Source of the DNA: Aquificaceae bacterium
GTDB lineage: Bacteria > Aquificota > Aquificia > Aquificales > Aquificaceae
Direction of reading: 5' to 3'
Assembly (NCBI GenBank): GCA_037925075.1
Contig: JAXSNR010000001.1
Span: 512,001 to 576,000 of the forward strand
DNA: 64,000 nt
In this document: piece after piece, positions 10,610 through 19,598 of the stretch
How the letters are laid out: each line of letters begins with the position of its first letter
Position numbering within the stretch: the stretch's first letter is position 1
The notes under the pieces: model-generated
The model's input: the letters and a program-made list of their open reading frames with translations, nothing else
What the model was told of the DNA's origin: nothing
Database searches by the model: none
Position numbers and translations under genes: made by a program

Positions 10610-11383
10610 TTAAAAATTATACCCCAGAAGCTCCCTAAGTTTTCTTACAGGGTCTTGGCTTTTCATCAGGCTTGTTCCCACAAGAAAGGCATCCACGCCA
10701 AGATTTTCAAGCTTCAAAACCTGCTCACGGTTTTCTATACCGCTCTCCGCTATAACAAACTTTGCCCCCATTTCCTTTATCTGTGGAGCAAGCCTTTCAG
10801 AAAGGCTCAGATCCACCCTTAAGGTGTCAAGGTCTCTGTTGTTTATGCCTATTATGTAGGCACCAGCTTTTAAAGACCTTTCCGCCTCTTCAAGGCTAAA
10901 AACCTCCACAATATGGTAAAGCCCAAGCTCCTTGGAGTACTCAAGAAGGTCTTTTAGCAAACCATCTTCTAAAATCCTAACTATAAGAAGCACCACATCA
11001 GCTCCATAAGCCTTGGCTTCAAGCACCTGCACAGGGTCAAGTATAAAGTCCTTCCTCAGAAGAGGAAGAGATACACAGCTTCTAACCTCAAACAGGTCCT
11101 CAAGAGAGCCATTGAAAAACTCCTTGTCAGTAAGCACAGATATGGCTATTGCACCAGCTTTTTCATATAGCTTTGCTTGCTCCTTTGCGGACACCTCTTT
11201 TATCTTTCCTTCAGAGGGTGAAGCCCTCTTGACCTCCGCTATTATCCTTGTCCTGCAAGAGCAAAGGGCCTTTTCAAAGGAGAAGCTATTTTTCCTCAAA
11301 CTTGCCAACTCTTCAAGCCTACTGATGTATTCTCTATCCCTTTTTATCTCCCTCCTTTTGTTCTGGACTATCTTATCCAACAC
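10610..11383 (-). CDS. trpC: Indole-3-glycerol-phosphate synthase
   Basis: IIAEVKRASPS, LRKDFI, GINNRDL, AESGI. Confidence 0.95.
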   Translation of the reverse strand: MLDKIVQNKRREIKRDREYISRLEELASLRKNSFSFEKALCSCRTRIIAEVKRASPSEGKIKEVSAKEQAKLYEKAGAIAISVLTDKEFFNGSLEDLFEVRSCVSLPLLRKDFILDPVQVLEAKAYGADVVLLIVRILEDGLLKDLLEYSKELGLYHIVEVFSLEEAERSLKAGAYIIGINNRDLDTLRVDLSLSERLAPQIKEMGAKFVIAESGIENREQVLKLENLGVDAFLVGTSLMKSQDPVRKLRELLGYNF

Positions 11384-11385
11384 CC

Positions 11386-11970
11386 CTATGGGTAAACCCT
11401 CCTGTATTCCTTGCCTTCTTTCTTGTATATAGCTTCAACGCCAAAGCCTTCCCTTTCGAGCTCTTCGTATATTTCCCTTGCCTTTTGGTAGCCATAGACC
11501 GCAAGCACCACACCACACCTTGGGTCTATCTCATCGGGTATTGGTATGAGCTTTGCCCTGCCCTTGAGATGTTTTTCTGCCCTTGTGCCCTCGGAAATGG
11601 CAGTGAAGGTTATAAAGTGGTCTGGCTTTTTGATGAAAGGGTTTAGGTTCATAAGCATATGTCTTAGGTGAAGCTTTACACCAAGAGAGTGGAACTTTAT
11701 CCAGTACCATAGAGAAGGCTCTATAGCCTGAGAGCTCTTCTTTAGCACTGCGACCACTTTTCCCTCTTCCTTCTTAAGACTTATAAGCTGATTGCCCGTT
11801 TGAGCACACCAGCTCATTATGTCCCTCTCAAAGCCCGGGTCTGTGGAAACGACGATAAGCTTTTGCCCTTCTTTCAACTTCCTCATCTTCTCAGAGGTTA
11901 TGACCACCGGCAAGGGGCACATGAGCCCCGTAAGGTCAAGGACCTCTTCCTTTTCCTCTAAAACCTCCAT
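11386..11970 (-). CDS. TusA/SirA sulfur-carrier domain fused to a DUF3343-like domain
   Basis: LDLTGLMCPLP (TusA CPxP) at the N-terminus; LIPIPDEIDPRCGVVL at the C-terminus. Confidence 0.8.
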   Translation of the reverse strand: MEVLEEKEEVLDLTGLMCPLPVVITSEKMRKLKEGQKLIVVSTDPGFERDIMSWCAQTGNQLISLKKEEGKVVAVLKKSSQAIEPSLWYWIKFHSLGVKLHLRHMLMNLNPFIKKPDHFITFTAISEGTRAEKHLKGRAKLIPIPDEIDPRCGVVLAVYGYQKAREIYEELEREGFGVEAIYKKEGKEYRRVYP

Positions 11971-11979
11971 GTTATCACC

Positions 11980-12831
11980 TCACACCGCTATAACTTTCGC
12001 CTGAGGCCTTTCCTCAAAGCCCTCTATGTATAAATTTATAAGCTTTCCCACCTTTTCAAGGGTCTTCAGTAGCTCCCTATCGTAGAGCTGTATATGGTTA
12101 TTCATGTAAAAGCATACCTTGACCTCTCCCCTTTCAAGTTTTACAGGAACGCAAAAGTATTGGTTGCCCTTGTCAACCACCGGCTCTTTTAGGTTGACCC
12201 CTTTAAGGGGTACTATACTTATGCCCTTTAGGTCAAACCTTCCCTTAATATTCCTGAGATATTCATAAAGGTCTTTGCTTTGTAGAGCTTCATCAAGAAG
12301 CTCCTCTCTTCTAACTGCACTCTGAAGGGACCTTTCCAACCTTGCGTATTCGCCAGTAAGTTTAGAATAAGAGCTTCTAAGGCTTTTTATGTAAAACCTC
12401 TCTTTTTTTAGGGCCTCAACGAGGTCTGGATGCAAAGATGCCATGAAGAGAGCAAAGAAGGCTGGCACAAGGACAAAACCCCAAGCTCCATAGTAGTAAG
12501 AGCCAAAACCTACAAGAAGCCAAAGGAAAAGCATGCCCTTAAAGACATTCCTGCTTGTATAAAGGGCTATTGGCACAAGAAGGGCAAGCATCGACTCCTT
12601 CTGATCAGAGAGAAGTGCAAGCAATGTGAGAAAAACAAGGTCTCCGTAGTTTTTAAAAAGCCTCAACCTGCCGGGATAGAAAAATACATATATGGTAAGG
12701 GATAGGTAAATAACAGATGGAATCACCACAAGAGCCTGCTGTGTGGGTGTTTTACCTATGGACAAGGCAAGAAAAAAGGCAACAAGCAAAACCCTTATTA
12801 CAAGGAATATAAGACCTATATCCCTCAGCAC
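11980..12831 (-). CDS. Hypothetical membrane protein with coiled-coil and soluble C-terminal domain
   Basis: Hydrophobic N-terminal half; contiguous in the operon. Confidence 0.7.
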   Translation of the reverse strand: MLRDIGLIFLVIRVLLVAFFLALSIGKTPTQQALVVIPSVIYLSLTIYVFFYPGRLRLFKNYGDLVFLTLLALLSDQKESMLALLVPIALYTSRNVFKGMLFLWLLVGFGSYYYGAWGFVLVPAFFALFMASLHPDLVEALKKERFYIKSLRSSYSKLTGEYARLERSLQSAVRREELLDEALQSKDLYEYLRNIKGRFDLKGISIVPLKGVNLKEPVVDKGNQYFCVPVKLERGEVKVCFYMNNHIQLYDRELLKTLEKVGKLINLYIEGFEERPQAKVIAV

Positions 12832-12840
12832 AGGAATATT

Positions 12841-13098
12841 TTACTCCACCTCTATCTTCTTTACCTTTTCCTTCTTCTCTTTGCCTTCTACCCTACTTTC
12901 TAACCTTCCTACTTCGTAGTCCACAAATGTCTTGATTATCTTCCAAAAGGACAACTCCATCATGTAAAGGTTTTTCATAACCTCCCTTCTAACCTCCTTT
13001 GGGGGAAGTAAAACCTCAAAAAGTCTAAACATATCCCTTCTGAGTTCTTCCACTTGCTGTTCAAGGCTTTCCTCTTTGAGCTCCTCCTTGTTTGTCAT
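12841..13098 (-). CDS. Hypothetical small charged protein
   Basis: 85-aa ORF filling the gap in a co-directional run; TATATT 7 nt upstream of the ATG. Confidence 0.65.
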   Translation of the reverse strand: MTNKEELKEESLEQQVEELRRDMFRLFEVLLPPKEVRREVMKNLYMMELSFWKIIKTFVDYEVGRLESRVEGKEKKEKVKKIEVE

Positions 13099-13112
13099 GC
13101 TGTTTAATATAT

Positions 13113-13844
13113 TCAGAAGTCTAACAATTTCAAGAATTCCTTTACAGCTCTTTCCATACCAAAAAGAAGTGCATTTGAAACTATGGAATGTCCCACGTTT
13201 AACTCCTCTACGACTTCAGAAAGCTCCTTTACAAGCATAGGGGTGTTTTTGTATGTGAGTCCATGCCCTGCGTAGACCCTTAGACCCAAGGACCTTGCAA
13301 TAAGTCCAGCATGCCTGAGCTTTTTTAACTCTTGCTTTGCACCCTCAATATCATGGCTGTTAAAGAGGTTTGCGTACCTGCCCGTGTGAAGCTCTACCGC
13401 ATCCGCTCCCACCCTTTTGCTTGCCTGAATGTGCGTATCCTCTGGCTCCACAAAAAGGGATACCTCTATGCCCACCACCTCTTTAAAGTCCTTAAGATAT
13501 TCTCTGAGGTATTCTTCCATACCCGCCACATTTAGCCCACCCTCTGTGGTTATTTCTTCCCTTCTTTCTGGCACGATGGTGATCCTGTTGGGCTTTACCC
13601 TAAGAGCTATAGCCTTCATTTCCTCTGTAGGTGCCATCTCAAGGTTTACGGGTACATGGACAGCTCTCTTGATAAGCTCCAAATCCTCCTCCTGTATGTG
13701 TCTTCTGTCTTCTCTCAGGTGAAGGGTTATTTGGTGTGCTCCCGCCTGCTGGGCTATAAGAGCGGCAAAAAGGGGGCTAGGCTCAAAGGTTCTTCTTGCC
13801 TGCCTGATGGTTGCCACATGGTCTATGTTTACACCAAGCCTCAT
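13113..13844 (-). CDS. pdxJ: Pyridoxine 5'-phosphate synthase
   Basis: LGVNIDHVAT, HLREDRRHI, TTEGG, ELHTG, AGHGL, ELNVGH. Confidence 0.97.
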   Translation of the reverse strand: MRLGVNIDHVATIRQARRTFEPSPLFAALIAQQAGAHQITLHLREDRRHIQEEDLELIKRAVHVPVNLEMAPTEEMKAIALRVKPNRITIVPERREEITTEGGLNVAGMEEYLREYLKDFKEVVGIEVSLFVEPEDTHIQASKRVGADAVELHTGRYANLFNSHDIEGAKQELKKLRHAGLIARSLGLRVYAGHGLTYKNTPMLVKELSEVVEELNVGHSIVSNALLFGMERAVKEFLKLLDF

Positions 13845-15220
13845 GTATCTTCCATAAGGATTATATCATCATCTCCCAAATATTCACCCATCCTTATTTC
13901 CAAAAGCTCAGCGACTATGAAGCCTGTGTTTTTAATAGTATAGGGTGTTGTTCTGTAGGCATAGGCGGTATCGCCAGATGTATAATAGCCTTCCTTTGAG
14001 CCCGTGTTTATATAAAGTGTACCCTTTAGCACAGTCCAGTTCCTATTATGATGCATGTGCATACGAGTACCCATGGACTTTCCGGGAAGTATGTTTAACT
14101 TGCATATTTTGTATCCGGGACCTGTTTCTAAAACCAGCTCCGTACCCCACTCATAACTGTTTTCCACGTGGAAGTAGGCTTCTTTGTAATTCTTTTCCTT
14201 GAGAAGGTTTACCAAATCCCTAACCTTTGCCGCACTGCCTTTTTTCATCACAAGGACCGCATCTTTGTCTTCCACCACTGCTATATCTTTTATATCCAAA
14301 AGACACACAAGCTTTCCAGTACTGTAAACTAAGGAGTTTTCCACATCAAAGCATACGCTTTTGCCTGTGCATACATTCCCCTTCTCATCTTTTTCCATGA
14401 GGGAATAAAGGCCATCAAAGGAACCTACATCACTCCAAAATATATCCATAGGCACCACCGCACCCCTTTGCGTCTTTTCCATCTCTATATAATCAAAGGC
14501 TATATTAGGAAGCTTGCAGTAGTTTTCAGTGAAACTTTTATAACCCTCAAGCATCATCTCATAAATTTCTGGAGCATTTAATCTAAATTCCTCCAAGACA
14601 GTACCCACAGTGAACACAAAGTTTCCCGAATCCCAAAAGTAAGAACCCTCCTCTAACATCTTTTGAGCCACGTCCCTTTGAGGCTTTTCTATAAACCTTT
14701 CAATTTTGTAAGCCTTTATTTCACCCTGCTGTTTGAGTATGCTTCCAGTTTTTATATACCCAAAATTCTCTTCAGGTCTAGTGGGATAAATACCGAAAGC
14801 CACAACATAACCTTCTTTGGCTACACCATGTGCAAACCTTAAATACTCTATAAATCTTTCTTCCGGCTTTATAAAGTGGTCAGAAGCAAATACATAGACA
14901 ACCTCTTCATCCTGCACTCCAATAATCTCCCTTAGGTATAGTAAGCCAAAGGCTACGGCTGGTCCTGTGTTCCTTCTACAAGGCTCCGTAAGGAGTTTAT
15001 AACCTTCATATGGATACAGGTCATTTATAACCTTATGTTTATAATCCTTGTGGGTTATCACAAGAATGTCTTTGTGGTCCACAAGCTTTAGGGCTCTTTC
15101 ATAGGTCATTCTCAAAAAGGACAGCCCATTAAAGAGCTTTAAAAACTGCTTTGGATGGTTTTCCCTTGAAAGGGGCCAAAGCCTTGTACCGCTACCACCG
15201 GCAAGTATAATAACTTTCAT
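13841..15220 (-). CDS. manC: Mannose-1-phosphate guanylyltransferase with degenerate C-terminal cupin (PMI) domain
   Basis: ILAGGSGTRLWPLSR..PKQF, EP.RRNTGPA, RFIEKP, WSDVGS; C-terminal cupin with MHMHH. Confidence 0.85.
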   Translation of the reverse strand: MKVIILAGGSGTRLWPLSRENHPKQFLKLFNGLSFLRMTYERALKLVDHKDILVITHKDYKHKVINDLYPYEGYKLLTEPCRRNTGPAVAFGLLYLREIIGVQDEEVVYVFASDHFIKPEERFIEYLRFAHGVAKEGYVVAFGIYPTRPEENFGYIKTGSILKQQGEIKAYKIERFIEKPQRDVAQKMLEEGSYFWDSGNFVFTVGTVLEEFRLNAPEIYEMMLEGYKSFTENYCKLPNIAFDYIEMEKTQRGAVVPMDIFWSDVGSFDGLYSLMEKDEKGNVCTGKSVCFDVENSLVYSTGKLVCLLDIKDIAVVEDKDAVLVMKKGSAAKVRDLVNLLKEKNYKEAYFHVENSYEWGTELVLETGPGYKICKLNILPGKSMGTRMHMHHNRNWTVLKGTLYINTGSKEGYYTSGDTAYAYRTTPYTIKNTGFIVAELLEIRMGEYLGDDDIILMEDT

Positions 15221-16275
15221 AATGTGACCTCCTTAAGGTTTTCTTTAAAGGTGGAAAGCTTTTCAAGGCTTCTGTACTCATTGTTCTTTACCAAGCCGTA
15301 ATGCATAAAGGAAAAACTCCTTAAACCTAGTTGGTATAACCTTCTTATGTATTCAGCATTGCTCATATAAGTCATATCGTCTGAGACCACATCTGCTCTT
15401 TTGTTAACTGGCATATAGTGGGCAAGATGCAAAGGCTTACCATACTTAGAAAAAAACTCACAGTTTTTGAGTATTCTTTGAGGGTTTCCGTAGCCTCCCT
15501 TTTCGGACATTTTGTATTCAAACATACTCTGGAAGAATATGGCATTACTTTTTTGTATAACAGGTTCAAAAAATTTTATAAAATCTATACCTTCCTGAAA
15601 TTCTACAAGCCACCCACCAAAACATATTCCATATACTGCATCCACACCACTGTTTTTTATTATCTCTATGGCATTAAGAAGGTTATCCCTTAGGCGAGTG
15701 TAATAATCCCTAGTAAGGTTATTTACGCTGTCTGTGTAGGGAAGGCTATGTACACACTGTAAGCTATATCTACATGCGGTATAGGTGGATTGTTCAGTGG
15801 CAAGTGCTATATACACTTTGCTTTTTACTTGAGACCTTAAAATAGACAAAACTTCCTGAAGGTCTTGCAAAAAGACCTGGGATATATGATACTCTCCATA
15901 AGTAGGACCACCAAGAGAATGGTTTTGACCATCGTAGTTCTCCCAAGTTATGAGCATAAGCTGGTAACCAAGGTCCGACCATTCCTTAAAGCGTCCCTTG
16001 TTTGCCCAGTCTTTTATATAGGGCATACTATGCCCATAAGGCCTGTTGTTATTGTCTACAGAACCATTTAACCAAAAGCTAAGTATATCTGGCTTAAGAA
16101 CATCTAAAACCCTTTTCCCATCAGGGTCATAACCGTTTACTAGTCTTTCAGGGTCCTCACCAAGACCAAAAAGTATGGACCTTTTTGGTCGGAAAAAAAG
16201 TACACCTTCTCCAGAACATCCATAGCCTAACAACACTGAAAGCGTACCAATTAGAAAAGTCCTTCTATTTATCAT
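15217..16275 (-). CDS. Tat-signal (probable lipo)protein, glycoside-hydrolase-like TIM barrel (GH26-like)
   Basis: NRRTFL twin-arginine motif; LLGYGC possible lipobox; LITWEN, YIALATE and GKPLHLAH resemble GH26/clan-A strands. Confidence 0.55.
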   Translation of the reverse strand: MINRRTFLIGTLSVLLGYGCSGEGVLFFRPKRSILFGLGEDPERLVNGYDPDGKRVLDVLKPDILSFWLNGSVDNNNRPYGHSMPYIKDWANKGRFKEWSDLGYQLMLITWENYDGQNHSLGGPTYGEYHISQVFLQDLQEVLSILRSQVKSKVYIALATEQSTYTACRYSLQCVHSLPYTDSVNNLTRDYYTRLRDNLLNAIEIIKNSGVDAVYGICFGGWLVEFQEGIDFIKFFEPVIQKSNAIFFQSMFEYKMSEKGGYGNPQRILKNCEFFSKYGKPLHLAHYMPVNKRADVVSDDMTYMSNAEYIRRLYQLGLRSFSFMHYGLVKNNEYRSLEKLSTFKENLKEVTL

Positions 16276-17712
16276 CTAAAAGCCTTCCTTTTTAAGGTTA
16301 ACGTATACCATATATTTTAGACCATTATGTAGCAAATAAAAGCCTTGGGCAAAACCTGATTCTGAACGAGGAAACCGCCTTCTAAGGGCATCTTTCGGGT
16401 GTTTGACTATTAACAAACAATCCGCAAACATCGCAGGATTTGAAAGGGCGGTATAGTATATGTAATTATGCGGAAGTATAAAGTAGTTGGAATTCCCAGT
16501 AAAATAAACTACTGGAAAGGTGTAAGCATCATCAGAGAGTGTTTTTCTACACTCATACCTACTCAAAATATCTGCAACAATAATATCTTCCTTCTTACTA
16601 ACTCGCTCCGATATACTTCCACCTCTAAGGAAACCTACGAAATATTTCTCATTTAAGTCTCTAGAGTGCCCCGTGATAAAAAGGGCGGAAGAAAAGGCTA
16701 TAATCATAGAAAATATATAAATTTTTGAGCCGACAACCTTTAAATGCTGAGCGAAAATAATTGAAAAAAGTAAAAATAGAATAGATGTATACATGTAAGG
16801 GAAAAATGTGCCAAAATATGTAGAAAAGTAAAGTATGAAAATAGGCATAAAATATATTAAAAATGTGGGGATGGCATACAAAAGCACAAATTTTCCCATG
16901 TATGGTATAACCACAAAGTATGGCATAATAAGAGGGCTATTCAAAAACAACTGCTTTACTGTAAGGAATAGGCTCTTGGTAATTGAACCTGAAGCTTGTA
17001 TAAATTCATCAATCACCGGCTCACTTCTAAAGAAGGAGTAAGGACTTTGTATAAAGTTTAGTGGGTTTCCTGTAAAAATCCAGTTTAAATAAAGCCAAGA
17101 GAAGAGGAAAAATATAACTGGAGTGATCTTTACCACCACTATAGCTATTCTGTAAGAGATATTTCCTCCGCTGGTTAACAGGAAAAGGCTAATTATATAG
17201 ATTGGTATCAAAAAGATACTTCTGAAGTCCACAAAGAATGTTAGACCAAAAAGCAAGCCTGACACAAATACATATAGTGAGTACTTGGTTTCCATATGTC
17301 TTAGCGTATAAAATACGGATAGAGAAAGCAATACATAGAACAAATACACTTCAAATCTCTGGGACGCAATAAAGAGGTATAAAGGATTAAACATAAGAAT
17401 GGGGAGAGCCAAAAGAGATTTAGTATCTGGCGTATAGGTTTTTATAAGATATACTAAAAGAAATGTGGAGAGAAAAGCACTAATGATGGATGAAACCAAA
17501 ATAGGATCATTTATTATAAGGAAGGGTAGAAAAGCAGTTGGTGGATAAACAAAACCTATATTTTCCACCCTAAAACCGTTTTGGGTAGCTATAAGCGCCT
17601 TTTCCGCAAAGAAAAGTAAGTTGGTATGGACATACCGAAATTCGGAAAATAGCTCGTGGGATATGTAGAAATAAATGAAAAATAGCATAAAAAATATAAG
17701 AACAGCCATCAT
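16276..17712 (-). CDS. Multi-pass membrane protein, GT-C (PMT/GT39-like) glycosyltransferase candidate
   Basis: About 10 or more TMs; first external loop with IGFVYPP; soluble C-terminal domain. Confidence 0.6.
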   Translation of the reverse strand: MMAVLIFFMLFFIYFYISHELFSEFRYVHTNLLFFAEKALIATQNGFRVENIGFVYPPTAFLPFLIINDPILVSSIISAFLSTFLLVYLIKTYTPDTKSLLALPILMFNPLYLFIASQRFEVYLFYVLLSLSVFYTLRHMETKYSLYVFVSGLLFGLTFFVDFRSIFLIPIYIISLFLLTSGGNISYRIAIVVVKITPVIFFLFSWLYLNWIFTGNPLNFIQSPYSFFRSEPVIDEFIQASGSITKSLFLTVKQLFLNSPLIMPYFVVIPYMGKFVLLYAIPTFLIYFMPIFILYFSTYFGTFFPYMYTSILFLLFSIIFAQHLKVVGSKIYIFSMIIAFSSALFITGHSRDLNEKYFVGFLRGGSISERVSKKEDIIVADILSRYECRKTLSDDAYTFPVVYFTGNSNYFILPHNYIYYTALSNPAMFADCLLIVKHPKDALRRRFPRSESGFAQGFYLLHNGLKYMVYVNLKKEGF

Positions 17713-19598
17713 GATCCAATTAATGGTGGTTTATACTTAGTTATACCATGCTGTGTTTTCTGCCAATAGAAGGGCTTTGTAAATAATTCATAAAGTGATC
17801 TATATGAAGCTATAGAATGAAGTATCCAATATATTGGATTTAAAAAACCATATGGTAACAGTTCATAATAACCTCTTTTGAAAACCGCAATCATATTGAG
17901 ATAAATACCTATAAAATTACCTATGAGTAGATTAAACAAGGATATGTGAAGTAAAAGCGGTGGAAATAGTGGTTCTAAACTCTTCGTTTGAGTTATTAGC
18001 CATACTAAGAACATAAGCCACATTATGGGATTTATCAAAAAGGTAAGAGGGGTTCCACCTATTAGAAATAAAAAGGAAAGCATTCCCTTAAACCCCACAG
18101 TTCTATAGAGCTTACCAATGTTTCTTGAGTGTACCAAAAAGGTTTGCATGTACCCCTTAATCCACCTAGACCTTTGCCTTATCCAATTCTTTACTCTAGC
18201 GTTTGCCTCTTCGTAGGTGGTAGAGTTGATTATGCCTACCTTATACCCTTTTCCAAAGGCTCTTACTCCAAGGTCCGCATCCTCTGTAGTGTTAAATGGA
18301 TCCCACGCTCCTATTTCACGGAGTTTTTCCACGTCAAAGTGATTGCTCGTCCCTCCAAGGGGAATAGGCAATTTAAGATTGAAAAGCCCAGGCAATAGAT
18401 AATCAAACCAGTAAGAATATTCAAGAGTAAACATCTTGGTAAGAAAGTTTTCATCTTTATTAAAGTAGTTTAGTGCTGCCTGAAAGCATATGTAATCTTC
18501 ACCAGCTTTTTTAAAGGCTAAAACCGCCTTTTTTAACTGATCCGGTTCAGGTATATCCTCTGCATCGTATATGGTCAGGTATTTCCCCTTAGCAAAAAAC
18601 AACCCATAGTTACAAGCCTTTGGCTTTGTTTTTGGTATGCTATTTGGTACTATAATAAAGCGCCAGTTGGCTGGTGGTTTGTGTTTCTTTGCCGATTCAA
18701 GAGTTTCCGTATCGTCCTCTTCAAGAAGCAGAATAACATCCAGTTTATTCTGCGGATAGTCCATCTTCTTTAAACTTTCCATCAGTATGCCAATCACTTC
18801 AGGCTCCTTATAAACTGGTACAAGTACAGTGTATACAGGCAGTTCATCATCCCGTAGTGCCCTAACCTCCTCTTCTGTTATAAATTGTTGCATTTCGCTT
18901 TTTGCGCCAGCTACACTGACAATCAGCTTAAAAGCTATAGAAAGAATGTAAAATAGCTGGGCTATTAATATTATAGCTGTCAGAGTCAATACAGGATTAA
19001 TGTATAGTCCAATCAATATTGCAAAAAGTGCAAGACCCATAAAAAACACCTGCCCTTTTGAAAAAACCAAAGATGCAGAGTACTCAGGGGATAAATAAAA
19101 CAAGCCCCTAATTGATTTATCTATAAGAAAGTCTTTGTGAATATGTTCAAGGGTTTTCACAAGATCAAGGTCTGTAATAATGTATAACTCCACAAGATAT
19201 CCTTCAAAATATCTGCTTATAAACTTTTCAAACTCATTACTTCCCGGATTTGACGTAAAAAGTTTAACAGTGAAATCATCCTTGTAAGCGGGTATAATTT
19301 CATACCTTATTAGTTCTTGAACATCAAAACTCTTAACCAGTTTTAAATCAACCTGTGCAAGTATATTCTCAACTCCTAATATAAGGGGAAACCCAAAATG
19401 TTCCGCAAGAGCCTTGTAAAGGTCAAATCTTCTTATATAACCAAGAGAAGCAAGTGTCCAGCCTAACCTTCCACCACTCTTGTGCTGATATTCAAGAGCC
19501 TCCTTAAGCTGTTCTTCTGTGATATAGCCCTTTTCGACTAATAGACTACCAATTGAGCTCCTTTTAGAAGTTGTACCATAAATTAAAGAAGAAACCAT
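17709..19598 (-). CDS. Processive GT2 polysaccharide synthase with N-terminal MshEN (c-di-GMP-binding) domain
   Basis: Tandem MshEN motifs; LVPVYKE, KPKACN, YDAED, TTEDADLG, QRSRW; flanking TMs. ATG 19598 has a GGAG RBS (the ORF track starts at 19604). Confidence 0.9.
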   Translation of the reverse strand: MVSSLIYGTTSKRSSIGSLLVEKGYITEEQLKEALEYQHKSGGRLGWTLASLGYIRRFDLYKALAEHFGFPLILGVENILAQVDLKLVKSFDVQELIRYEIIPAYKDDFTVKLFTSNPGSNEFEKFISRYFEGYLVELYIITDLDLVKTLEHIHKDFLIDKSIRGLFYLSPEYSASLVFSKGQVFFMGLALFAILIGLYINPVLTLTAIILIAQLFYILSIAFKLIVSVAGAKSEMQQFITEEEVRALRDDELPVYTVLVPVYKEPEVIGILMESLKKMDYPQNKLDVILLLEEDDTETLESAKKHKPPANWRFIIVPNSIPKTKPKACNYGLFFAKGKYLTIYDAEDIPEPDQLKKAVLAFKKAGEDYICFQAALNYFNKDENFLTKMFTLEYSYWFDYLLPGLFNLKLPIPLGGTSNHFDVEKLREIGAWDPFNTTEDADLGVRAFGKGYKVGIINSTTYEEANARVKNWIRQRSRWIKGYMQTFLVHSRNIGKLYRTVGFKGMLSFLFLIGGTPLTFLINPIMWLMFLVWLITQTKSLEPLFPPLLLHISLFNLLIGNFIGIYLNMIAVFKRGYYELLPYGFLNPIYWILHSIASYRSLYELFTKPFYWQKTQHGITKYKPPLIGS

